From positions 2,912,001 through 2,976,000 of the forward strand of contig CAXXVL010000002.1 of the NCBI GenBank assembly GCA_963667845.2: DNA of 64,000 nucleotides, in the 5' to 3' direction. A program made the translations under genes and the position numbers. The notes under the pieces are model-generated. The model ran no database searches, was not told where the DNA came from, and saw only the letters and a program-made list of their open reading frames with translations. Below are positions 51,696 through 61,149 of the stretch, one piece after another. Within the stretch, counting starts at the first letter, position 1. The number at the start of each line of letters is the position of its first letter. The DNA comes from Smithellaceae bacterium (GTDB lineage Bacteria; Desulfobacterota; Syntrophia; Syntrophales; Smithellaceae).

Positions 51696-54600
51696 ATGAA
51701 AGCGGAAAAATCAATCATGAAAGTTTTTATCAGTAATAAACTGGAAAAGCTGGTCCAATGTCTCGCTGGCCGATTGAAGGAGCCGCTTAAGCATCCTCTG
51801 ACCCCGGAAACCATCGTTGTTCAGAGTGCGGGCATGGCCAAGTGGATATCACTGCAATTGGCCCAAAGACAGGGGATTGCGGCAAATTATGCGTTTCCGT
51901 TTCCCAAAAAAATTCTGGGGGAAATCTTCGGCGCCTTCTTGCCCGACTATTTTCCGGATCCGTCCTTCGATGAACGAGTGCTCGCCTGGAAGATTCTGGA
52001 GATATTACCGGAAGTGTCCCAGAACGAAGATTTCCTGCCGATTCGTCATTATCTCGGACATTCGAATGACCAGCAGAAGAGGTATCAGCTGGCCAAAAAA
52101 ATCGCCGAGACATTCGATCAATATTTGATTTTCCGTCCAGAGATGATTCTGGACTGGGAAGCAGGAATCGTCAAAGATTCAAGCGATATCTGGCAGGCAA
52201 GGCTTTGGAATATGATCGTGGCTCGCCAGGGAATGAGGCATCCGGCGAGGTTGCGGGAATTGCTTTTGTCCGGCATAAGGAATAAGCCGGTAAGACAAGA
52301 GGTTCTGCCCCAGCGGCTGTCCATTTTCGGGATATCCTACCTGCCGCCCTACTATTTGGAAATATTTTCCCGTCTGTCGGTTCATCTTCCCGTGGATTAC
52401 TACTATCTCAATCCATCTCGGGAATTCTGGGCCGATATTCGATCGCAGCGCGAGATCGGTTCGGTCCTCGGCAAAGTGTCAAAGCATCTGATGACCGCGG
52501 ATGATGATTCATTACACATGGAAAGCGGCAATTCACTCTTAGCCTCCTGGGGGAGACAGGGCCGGGACTTCTTCAGGCTCATGGAAAACGTTCCTGCAGA
52601 CGATATCGACTTATTTGAAAAGCCGGAGGCTGTAAATCTGCTGTCGGCAATCCAATCCGACATCGATCTGCTTCAGGAACACGATTCGACGGATATTTCA
52701 TACATGAAATGGACGCCCGAGGATGATTCGATTCAAATCCATTCCTGTCACAGCCCGCTTCGGGAAATCGAAACACTTCATGATGTCCTCTTAAGCCTTT
52801 TCGAAAAGAACAGCGGTTTGACTCCGCAGGATGTGCTGGTGATGACGCCGCACATAGAACGGTATGCGCCGCCGATAGAAGCCGTATTCGACGCGAGGGA
52901 ACCGAAGATTCCCTATGCGATTGCCGACCGCGGGTCCCTTTCCACGAGCGTCGTTGGCCTGGGTTTGACGTCGCTTCTCGATTTGGCCGAGAGCCGGTTT
53001 ACGTCCGACGGCATCCTAACGATTCTGGAAAACGCAGCGGTCGGTGAAATGTTCGCTATTTCATCTCAAGATCTCGAACAGATCCGCCACTGGATTTCCG
53101 AGACGCACATTAAATGGGGAATTGACGCCGCTCACCGGCAGACCTTTGACCTGCCCGCTTTCAGCCAGAATACCTGGCGTCATGGGCTGGATCGATTGCT
53201 TGCCGGCGCGACCCTTGACGGCCGGCGTCGGGACTTCTTTGGGGATGTTCTACCCTATGGCGAGGTCGAATCGGAGCAAACTCAGGTCCTGGGCCGTTTT
53301 ATGTCGTTTTGGGAAAAAGTGATCGAGCTGAGGAAGATTTTGCTTGTTGCGCATTCACTTTCAGACTGGTGTGAAATCCTGCAAGATATTCTCGACGATT
53401 TCTTCCCTCCGACCGAGCCGTTTCGTCACGAATTGACTGCCGTCAGGCACTTAATCAGCAATCTGAAAAAAGAGCAGCAGGCTGCGGACCTGAGCGAACT
53501 TATCTCACTTGGTGTCCTGAAAGGTTACATCCTTACCGCCATGGAAAACCCGGGGGAGCTTTCCGGCTTTCTGGCCGGCGGCGTGTCGTTTTGCGCGCTT
53601 TTGCCGATGCGCAGCATACCTTTTAAAGTCATTTGCCTGGTCGGTATGAATCATGATGCCTATCCCCGCCAGGACCGGCGGACGGGCTTTAATATTATGG
53701 AAAGGGAAAGAAAGCCGGGGGATCGATCGCTGAGAAAAGATGACCAGTATCTGTTTCTCGAAGCGCTCCTATCCGCCAGGCAAAACCTGATCATAAGTTA
53801 TGTCGGTCAAAGTGCGACGGACAACAGCGAACTGCTGCCTTCGGTGCTGGTCTCCGAATTCCTGGACTATCTGGATAAAAATTATAGCCCCGCAAACGAC
53901 CGTCCCGTATCCTCGCTGATCAGACGAAAACAACGCTTGCACGGCTTTTCTCCCGTGTACTTTGGCAGCGACGATACCCTGTTCAGCTATTCCCGACAAA
54001 ATTATCTGGCGGCCAAATCGATTCTGGAGCGGAAGAAAGAGCAGCCCCGATTCCTTAAGGAAGCGCTTGGGGAAACGAACGAACGATCCGCGGTGATTTC
54101 AGTCAAAGATTTGATTCTTTTTTATCGCAATCCTGCGAGGTATTTTCTGGAAAAACGCCTTTGTTTGAAATTACCCGCGCCGCTCAGGGATGAAGAAGAC
54201 AGCGAACCCTTTTCTCTTGATCCGTTGACGGCCTATCACATCAAACAGGCTTTGGTGGATAGTCATCTTAAGTCGGAAGACGAACATTTCATTTATAATG
54301 TTAAGCATGCGGAAGGCAGCCTGCCGGTCGGCAGCGCGGGCGACTATTATTTTGAGCAGTTGAACCGGCAGGCCGCGGAGTATGCGCGCCGGGTTTCGGC
54401 CCATCTTAAAGGAGAGCCGCTTGCAGACTGCAATATTGATTTACGCATCGGCGATTATCGATTGATAGGAGTTTTGGATCATCTGTACGGCGCGCATCGC
54501 ATTTATTACCGGATGGCGACCTTGAAAATGAATGACTATCTTAGCGGCTGGATAACCCACTTGATCCTCAATAATGTGCCGGACCGGGGCCTGCCGCAAA

Positions 54601-54962
54601 CCAGCCTGATTTTGGGCGGGGATTCCTTCTGGAAATTAAAGCCGGTCCAAAATGCCGAAGAATTATTAAGGGTCATGATTCGATACTTTTGCCAGGGCCG
54701 GACGAAGCCTTTAAAATTCTTTGCCCGCGCGTCCTGGGAATACGCGCAGGCTTTGTGGCTTAAAGGGAAGTCAAGCGAAGATGCGATCCGCGCGGCAAGT
54801 CTCATCTGGTCCGGGAACGATTCACATTTTCTGGATGCGGAATCTCAGGAAACCTCCTGCAAAATATGCTTTGAAAACGATCAGCCAATCGACAGAGAAT
54901 TTGCCCAGACCGCTCAAGCTATTCTAAAAGACCTTTTTATGCATTTGGAAAAACTGGAGTAA
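51696..54962 (+). CDS. recC: Exodeoxyribonuclease V gamma subunit
   Basis: SNKLE, IVVQS.GM..W, LNPSREFW, HSCHSPLREIE, LPMRSIPF, LFLEALLSAR; alternative start 51717. Confidence 0.96.
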   Translation: MKAEKSIMKVFISNKLEKLVQCLAGRLKEPLKHPLTPETIVVQSAGMAKWISLQLAQRQGIAANYAFPFPKKILGEIFGAFLPDYFPDPSFDERVLAWKILEILPEVSQNEDFLPIRHYLGHSNDQQKRYQLAKKIAETFDQYLIFRPEMILDWEAGIVKDSSDIWQARLWNMIVARQGMRHPARLRELLLSGIRNKPVRQEVLPQRLSIFGISYLPPYYLEIFSRLSVHLPVDYYYLNPSREFWADIRSQREIGSVLGKVSKHLMTADDDSLHMESGNSLLASWGRQGRDFFRLMENVPADDIDLFEKPEAVNLLSAIQSDIDLLQEHDSTDISYMKWTPEDDSIQIHSCHSPLREIETLHDVLLSLFEKNSGLTPQDVLVMTPHIERYAPPIEAVFDAREPKIPYAIADRGSLSTSVVGLGLTSLLDLAESRFTSDGILTILENAAVGEMFAISSQDLEQIRHWISETHIKWGIDAAHRQTFDLPAFSQNTWRHGLDRLLAGATLDGRRRDFFGDVLPYGEVESEQTQVLGRFMSFWEKVIELRKILLVAHSLSDWCEILQDILDDFFPPTEPFRHELTAVRHLISNLKKEQQAADLSELISLGVLKGYILTAMENPGELSGFLAGGVSFCALLPMRSIPFKVICLVGMNHDAYPRQDRRTGFNIMERERKPGDRSLRKDDQYLFLEALLSARQNLIISYVGQSATDNSELLPSVLVSEFLDYLDKNYSPANDRPVSSLIRRKQRLHGFSPVYFGSDDTLFSYSRQNYLAAKSILERKKEQPRFLKEALGETNERSAVISVKDLILFYRNPARYFLEKRLCLKLPAPLRDEEDSEPFSLDPLTAYHIKQALVDSHLKSEDEHFIYNVKHAEGSLPVGSAGDYYFEQLNRQAAEYARRVSAHLKGEPLADCNIDLRIGDYRLIGVLDHLYGAHRIYYRMATLKMNDYLSGWITHLILNNVPDRGLPQTSLILGGDSFWKLKPVQNAEELLRVMIRYFCQGRTKPLKFFARASWEYAQALWLKGKSSEDAIRAASLIWSGNDSHFLDAESQETSCKICFENDQPIDREFAQTAQAILKDLFMHLEKLE

Positions 54963-54968
54963 TCCTTC

Positions 54969-57900
54969 ATGACGGCTTTTGACCTTTCCGCCTGCCCGCT
55001 CGCGGGCATCAATCTGATTGAAGCCAGCGCCGGTACCGGAAAAACACATGCCCTGGCCGGTTTGTATCTGAGATTTCTCATCGAGGAGCGGCTTGCCGCC
55101 CGGCAACTCCTGGTGATCACGTATACCAATGCCGCGACAGCGGAACTCAAGAGGCGCATCCGCCAAATGATTGTTGATGCCGAAGATGCCTTTCTGACCG
55201 GTGAAACGTCATCCGATATCATGAGAGACCTTTTGCAGAAATATCCTGATTCTCAGGACAGGAAAAGAATTGTCCGCGATCTTGGAATCATCCTCGCCAA
55301 TTTCGATGAAACGGCAATTTACACCATTCATGGTTTCTGCCAGCGGATCCTGAGCGATAACGCATTTGCGAGCGGAGAGCTCTTTGAGGTCGAATTCATC
55401 GAAAATCAGCGACGGCTGGAGCAGGAATTCATCGACGATTTCTGGCGCAGACATTTTTATAAAAATCATCCCGTAATTGTTCAATATGCGCTGGCGGGAA
55501 AGATGGATCGAAATACATTGCTGTCTTTACTGCGGATCGTACTGTCCAGACCGGATCTGAAGGTCATTCCCGACTATGAACCTTTTCAGATGGACAAATT
55601 TGAACACGATCTGAAAAAGCTTCGGGAAACTTTTTCGCGGCTTAAATCCGTGTGTCTGAATGATAAAAGCGCCATGATCTCGGCATTAAGAGACAAGGCG
55701 TTAAACGGGCAGATTTACGGCAGGAAAGTGGATGAATTGATCCGGGAAATTGAAGCACTACTGGAGCGCAATGAGCTGCCGTTGCCGCCGCCGGTTTGTC
55801 TGCAAAAAATCAGTGCGGACTACTTGAAGAAGAAAACCAACAAGAATCAGAACACGCCCCGGCATGCGGCTTTCGATCTGAGCCAGGAGATGCTCGAGGA
55901 ATCGGCCGGAGTGGAAGAGCATCTGGATCAATACCTGGCGGGATTGAAGAAAGAATTTATGGAAGCTGCCAGGGTTGATTTTCCGGGACTCAAACGGAAA
56001 AAGAATGTTCTGTATTTTGATGATCTGCTTTCGCGCGCCTACGAGGCTCTGCATGCTTCGGGAGGCAATCGGCTGGCTGAAATCCTCCGCACGCAATATC
56101 GGGCGGTGCTGGTCGATGAATTTCAGGATACCGACCCGATTCAGTTCGCCATCCTGCAGTCTCTCTTTCTCACGGATGCCGCAGTGACAGATCAAACGGC
56201 GTTATTTTATATCGGCGATCCCAAGCAGGCCATCTACAGTTTTCGCGGCGCCGACATCTTCGCCTATCTGCGTGCCGCCCAAAGAGTCGATCACCGATAT
56301 TCCATGCAGTATAACTGGCGTTCCGAGGAAACACTCATTAACGCGGTTAATGTCCTGTTTGAAGAACCGGGACAATCGTTTGTTTATGAGGAAATTCCTT
56401 ATCACAGGATCAGGCAGGCACCCGATATTCCGGTTAAAAGGCTGACAATCGTCGGGGAAGAATCCGCCGGAATGCAGTGGTGGTTTGTGCCGGGAGACGA
56501 TGATGGCCGCCCCCTGGGCGTAGGCGCAGCCCGGAAATGGATTAACGAGGCGGTTGTTGCGGAGATATCCAGACTGCTGACGCTCGGCCGTGCGCAGAAG
56601 GCGACTATCGGTGAAAAAATGCTGGCGGAAAGTGATATAGCAATCTTGGTCCGCAAAAATGCTGAAGCCAATACTCTGCAAAAGATGCTGACTGCGGCCG
56701 GAATTCCTTCCGTGATTTACTCTGCTCAAAGCGTTTTTTCCTCCGACGAGGCTAGGGAACTGCAGAGATTGATGCTGGGCATTATCCATTACGAAAATGA
56801 GGGCTATGTCTTATCCGCCTTAACAACGGTTTTCTTTAATTTGCGGGCGGCGGATATCGCCGCATGCTCCGAAGAAGACAGCCGGATGGAAGGCTGGCGG
56901 ATCAAATTTAAATACTACAATGAGCTGTGGAAGACAAAAGGCTTTCTGACCATGTTCGCTGTTTTTCTGGAACAGGAAGACGCCCGTCCGAGAATTGCTT
57001 TGCGCCCCGACGGGGAAAGACGTCTGACCAACTTCGCCCATCTGGCACAGGAATTATTTCAGTCGCAGTCGGAAGGCAATCTCAGGCCGACCGAGTTGTT
57101 AAGATGGCTTGATGATATGATGGTCACTGAAGAGAATGTCAAAGACGATCAGCAATTGCAGCTCGAGACGGACCGGAACTGCGTTCGCCTTGTTACCATT
57201 CACAGGAGTAAGGGATTGGAATATCCGATCGTTTTTTGCCCCTTTGCCTGGGAGACGGGTGCGAACCGCAGGGAAGATTTGCCTCTTTGCTTCCATGATG
57301 AAAAAAATAATTGGCAGGCAACAGCTGATCTGGGATCGGAACATGTCTCTGCAAACAAAGAGTTCTATGACCGGGAGGTTCTGGCGGAAGACTGCCGGCT
57401 GCTGTATGTGGCGATGACCCGTGCGAAGAACCGGTGTTATTTTGTCAGCGGTCATATCAAGGGGACGCAATCCAGTGCGGTGACCTACCTTTTTCAGAGG
57501 TCTTTGTGGATGGATCAGGGACTGACAGCGACGGATGAAGATATGATTGGGCAGATGATGTCGTTTGCCGTTCGTGCGCCTGAGGACATTCGTATTAAAA
57601 AACTTAAGGCAATCGCTGTGCCTGAAAAATGGCTCCCGAAATCTGCGGTGGAGGAAATTTCTCATCGCGGATTTGCAGGGAAAATTGATCAGCGGTGGAG
57701 AATCGCGAGTTATACGTATCTGACGCATGCGTCGCATGACGATTTGGAATGGGAGGAAGGGGCAGGCTTGGCAAGCGATGAGCAGGCGGTTCCGGAAGAG
57801 AAGATGGCGGATAACATCCTCCTTTTTCCTCCCGGGGCGACATCCGGTATTCTGCTTCATGAAATCATCGAAAAGATCGATTTTCAGCATACCCTTGAAG

Positions 57901-58556
57901 AGCAGACGGCGAAGATTGTGAGCGAGACCCTGGAAAAATATAATTATGCGCCTTCATGGCAGCCGGGCATTATAAAGATGCTGGTCGGTCTTGCCCGAAC
58001 GAAATTGAAAGACAGGAACGGGAGTGACTTCAGTCTTTCCCAAGTTGATCTTACCGGTTGCCGCAAAGAATTGGAATTCTATTTTCCGCTGCGGGATATT
58101 TATCCCGAAAGATTGATGTCTTTCTTGGAGAAATCGGCGCAGAGCCATGAATCCGGAGATCAAAGGAATTTGAATTTCCTTCCGGTGCACGGCTTTTTAA
58201 AGGGATTCATTGACTTTGTTTTTGAATATGACGGACAATTCTATCTGGCGGACTGGAAATCCAATGATCTGGGCGATCACGATGAATGTTACGCCCCCAG
58301 AATTTTAAAACAGGAAATTTTCAAAAATCTTTATGACGTGCAATACCTGATTTATACGGTTGCGCTGGATCGGTATCTCAAAGAAAGGCTTGCCGGATAC
58401 CGCTATGAGAAAAATTTTGGCGGCGTCTTCTATTTCTTTTTGCGCGGATTGAGTGCAAAAACAGGCCCGGCCAACGGCGTTTATTATCATCGACCGGATG
58501 AAGAAGTAATCAGACGGCTCGCGAATAGTCTACTGGCGGAAAACTCGGATCAGTGA
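54969..58556 (+). CDS. recB: Exodeoxyribonuclease V beta subunit
   Basis: IEASAGTGKT, DEFQDTD, IGDPKQAIYSFRGAD, TIHRSKGLEY, nuclease GFID...ADWKS. Confidence 0.97.
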   Translation: MTAFDLSACPLAGINLIEASAGTGKTHALAGLYLRFLIEERLAARQLLVITYTNAATAELKRRIRQMIVDAEDAFLTGETSSDIMRDLLQKYPDSQDRKRIVRDLGIILANFDETAIYTIHGFCQRILSDNAFASGELFEVEFIENQRRLEQEFIDDFWRRHFYKNHPVIVQYALAGKMDRNTLLSLLRIVLSRPDLKVIPDYEPFQMDKFEHDLKKLRETFSRLKSVCLNDKSAMISALRDKALNGQIYGRKVDELIREIEALLERNELPLPPPVCLQKISADYLKKKTNKNQNTPRHAAFDLSQEMLEESAGVEEHLDQYLAGLKKEFMEAARVDFPGLKRKKNVLYFDDLLSRAYEALHASGGNRLAEILRTQYRAVLVDEFQDTDPIQFAILQSLFLTDAAVTDQTALFYIGDPKQAIYSFRGADIFAYLRAAQRVDHRYSMQYNWRSEETLINAVNVLFEEPGQSFVYEEIPYHRIRQAPDIPVKRLTIVGEESAGMQWWFVPGDDDGRPLGVGAARKWINEAVVAEISRLLTLGRAQKATIGEKMLAESDIAILVRKNAEANTLQKMLTAAGIPSVIYSAQSVFSSDEARELQRLMLGIIHYENEGYVLSALTTVFFNLRAADIAACSEEDSRMEGWRIKFKYYNELWKTKGFLTMFAVFLEQEDARPRIALRPDGERRLTNFAHLAQELFQSQSEGNLRPTELLRWLDDMMVTEENVKDDQQLQLETDRNCVRLVTIHRSKGLEYPIVFCPFAWETGANRREDLPLCFHDEKNNWQATADLGSEHVSANKEFYDREVLAEDCRLLYVAMTRAKNRCYFVSGHIKGTQSSAVTYLFQRSLWMDQGLTATDEDMIGQMMSFAVRAPEDIRIKKLKAIAVPEKWLPKSAVEEISHRGFAGKIDQRWRIASYTYLTHASHDDLEWEEGAGLASDEQAVPEEKMADNILLFPPGATSGILLHEIIEKIDFQHTLEEQTAKIVSETLEKYNYAPSWQPGIIKMLVGLARTKLKDRNGSDFSLSQVDLTGCRKELEFYFPLRDIYPERLMSFLEKSAQSHESGDQRNLNFLPVHGFLKGFIDFVFEYDGQFYLADWKSNDLGDHDECYAPRILKQEIFKNLYDVQYLIYTVALDRYLKERLAGYRYEKNFGGVFYFFLRGLSAKTGPANGVYYHRPDEEVIRRLANSLLAENSDQ

Positions 58557-58608
58557 TATTGAAACCACATTCACCGGAAAAAATTTTTTCAAAGAAAGGG
58601 ATGGCCTC

Positions 58609-59913
58609 ATGCTGAAGATCAAAGAATTATTCTTAAATTCCGTGTTATGTATTGCTGTCCTGCTTATGATCAGCGCCTGCGGAGGTGGCGGGGGCGGGAC
58701 TGTTGTCATCATTCAGACGGATCCCGGACACCTGGATGCCGGCTTTGGCAGCGCCGGTAAAGTCGTAACGGACATTTCAACCCATGATGATCGGGCATAT
58801 GCAACGGCCATTCAATCCGACGGGAAGATTATTGCCGTGGGGACTGCCAACGGAAATTTCGCCGTTGCGCGCTATACGGTAACCGGCGCACTGGACGCGT
58901 CATTCGGAACAGGCGGTATTGTCACAACACCTATTGGTGTGGGCGGTGCTGTTGCCCGCGCCATTGCGATTCAGGCGGATGGTAAAATTGTTGTTGCCGG
59001 GTATTATCAGGCGGGACCCTTGAATAAAATCGCCGTAGTTCGTTACAGCAACGGTGGTTCCCTGGATTCCACTTTTGGCACCGGAGGCATCGTCACGACG
59101 TCCATCGGCGCGAATAATGACTTTGCGTATGCGGTGGCCGTGCAAAGTGACGGTAAGATCGTTATTGCCGGTTCGTCTAATGATGGCACGAAGGATTTGT
59201 TTGCTCTTGTGCGATATACCGCTGTCGGCGTGTTGGATACAAGTTTTAATATCACGGGTAAAGTAACGAGGCAGATCGGTTTGGGAAACAGCGTCGCGAG
59301 TGGTGTGGCAATTCAGACCAATCAATTCATTGTGGCGGTAGGGGTTTCCTCCAATGGCGCGCTCAATGATTTTGCCATGGCCCGCTATGACACTAACGGA
59401 ACACTGGACGTAGCTTTTGGCACGGGAGGCGAAGTCATGACACCGGTCGGAACCGGCGCGGCTGCGGCTCAAGCGGTCGCTATCCAGCCGACGGATCAGA
59501 AGATCGTGGTTGTCGGTCAAGCATTGGTCGGTGGAAGTAATAATTTTGCCATAGTTCGTTATCTTACGAATGGAACGCTGGACACTGGATTCGACACAGA
59601 CGGAAAAGTCACCACTGCAATAGGAACGGTAAATGACATTGCCCGGGCGGTCAAGATTGCCTCCGGCGGGAAGATTGTCGTTGCCGGCTCTTCAAATAAC
59701 GGCACCAATGAAGATTTTGCTCTGACGCGCTATAATGCTGACGGAACGTTGGACACCCTTTTTAACGGCACCGGCAAAGTCACTACGGCTGTCGGAACAG
59801 GCGACGATTTGGCCTTCGGTCTGGCGATCCAATCCGACGGCAAGATTGTAGCGGCCGGCTATTCCTTTAACGGTTTGAATAATGATTTTGCCCTGACTCG
59901 CTACTGGCCATAG
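58609..59913 (+). CDS. Delta-60 repeat lipoprotein (7 repeats, probable beta-propeller)
   Basis: Lipobox ISAC plus GGGGGG linker; seven G.LD..F..G.V.T / AIQ.DGKIV.AG / FA..RY repeats. Confidence 0.88.
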   Translation: MLKIKELFLNSVLCIAVLLMISACGGGGGGTVVIIQTDPGHLDAGFGSAGKVVTDISTHDDRAYATAIQSDGKIIAVGTANGNFAVARYTVTGALDASFGTGGIVTTPIGVGGAVARAIAIQADGKIVVAGYYQAGPLNKIAVVRYSNGGSLDSTFGTGGIVTTSIGANNDFAYAVAVQSDGKIVIAGSSNDGTKDLFALVRYTAVGVLDTSFNITGKVTRQIGLGNSVASGVAIQTNQFIVAVGVSSNGALNDFAMARYDTNGTLDVAFGTGGEVMTPVGTGAAAAQAVAIQPTDQKIVVVGQALVGGSNNFAIVRYLTNGTLDTGFDTDGKVTTAIGTVNDIARAVKIASGGKIVVAGSSNNGTNEDFALTRYNADGTLDTLFNGTGKVTTAVGTGDDLAFGLAIQSDGKIVAAGYSFNGLNNDFALTRYWP

Positions 59914-59919
59914 ATAAGA

Positions 59920-59952
59920 GAGGCAGGCCGCCCGAAAGGGTGGGCCTGCCTT
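59920..59952. terminator. Strong hairpin between convergent genes (probably bidirectional terminator)
   Basis: AGGCAGGCC-GCCC-GAAA-GGGT-G-GGCCTGCCT. Confidence 0.75.
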
Positions 59953-59969
59953 CTGTCTTCGCTTCTCAT

Positions 59970-61004
59970 CTATTTACCCTTGGGAAATCTTTTTTGCAGC
60001 TCGGGAAGGAGTTCCGAGCGGAGATGCTCGGAGTCGGCATATTTTTTTGTATAAGTGCTGGAGAATCGCAGGACGCAGGTTGGTGTCTGAGTGATTTCAA
60101 GTTTTTTGATCAGAGTCGACCATTGAGTGAATATAGGTTTGGGATCCATTACTTTTAAAGCGATCCCCTGAGATTTCAGCGAAGCGGCCAGCACGCTTTC
60201 TTGATCGACTTTCTTTTCCGTGGCAAGTGAAAAAAGAATCCTTCTCGCCTTCAGGACATTTTTATAGCCCTTATCCGCAGCGGCCGCCGCCAGAAAATAT
60301 TTTGCATAAAGCCCGCTTCCCGGATGACCCGGATAATCAACAAACGTAATTTTTACATCGCCCCTGGCGAGCAGTCTTTCTAACTCGGGTTCCAGGTCTC
60401 CTTCCACGGACTGGCAGGGCGGGCAAAAGTAATCCGTGAAAATAATCAGCTCCCAGGCGCCCTTGCCGTAAGAGGGGATTGTTGTCTGGTCGCCGGCATA
60501 GGCGGGAGTGACTGAACCGGAAAAAGAAAAGCTGATAAAAACGTAGCCGACAATCATCATAGCCAGCAGGGGCAGCCGCTGGCCGCCGGTAAAGGGAAGC
60601 CTGGCATCGCCAAAAAGATAGATTAATTTCTGATACCACTTATTCATCATGCCAAACCTTTCATAATTGATTACGTACATCACTAAAACCATTATGCCGA
60701 AGGATAGGCAAAACGGGCAGAAAACATTTTCTGAAACCTGGAAAGAAACGAGGAAGGCCTCCACACCGATGCCCGAGGCGACAAGCAGACGGACCAAATC
60801 CGCCTGTTTCACCAGAGACAAGATGATGATCAGGGACATATAGACCACGCCGACATATTTCAGGTCGATGCCTAAAATGTCGCCGCGCAGATAGGAGCAG
60901 GCTGTATCGCAGACAGTATAAAAAGCCATCAGCCCGATGCCGATTACAGCCAGGAGGATTGTGACTACGAGACGGTAACGCATCAGCTGTCGGTAAAGAC
61001 TCAT
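59970..61004 (-). CDS. VKOR-like membrane domain fused to a DsbA/thioredoxin-like domain
   Basis: TM domain with CDTAC and FCPFCL; soluble domain FTDYFCPPC and cis-Pro TPT. Confidence 0.75.
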   Translation of the reverse strand: MSLYRQLMRYRLVVTILLAVIGIGLMAFYTVCDTACSYLRGDILGIDLKYVGVVYMSLIIILSLVKQADLVRLLVASGIGVEAFLVSFQVSENVFCPFCLSFGIMVLVMYVINYERFGMMNKWYQKLIYLFGDARLPFTGGQRLPLLAMMIVGYVFISFSFSGSVTPAYAGDQTTIPSYGKGAWELIIFTDYFCPPCQSVEGDLEPELERLLARGDVKITFVDYPGHPGSGLYAKYFLAAAAADKGYKNVLKARRILFSLATEKKVDQESVLAASLKSQGIALKVMDPKPIFTQWSTLIKKLEITQTPTCVLRFSSTYTKKYADSEHLRSELLPELQKRFPKGK

Positions 61005-61149
61005 TTACTATTTTCCCTTTAAAAAAAATTTGGGGGATTATAAAATCAGAAGAGGGCATTGTCAATACAATGTTGACAATAATTATGCCCTTGACAAGCC
61101 GGGCACGCTTATTCAATAGTTTTGCACGAAAGGCCTGGAGCACAGCGAT

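Noticed and set aside
58577..58590. Palindrome GAAAAAATTTTTTC before the delta-60 gene, and TAAAATATTTTA before recC
   Set aside because: Low-complexity AT palindromes are expected in AT-rich intergenic DNA.
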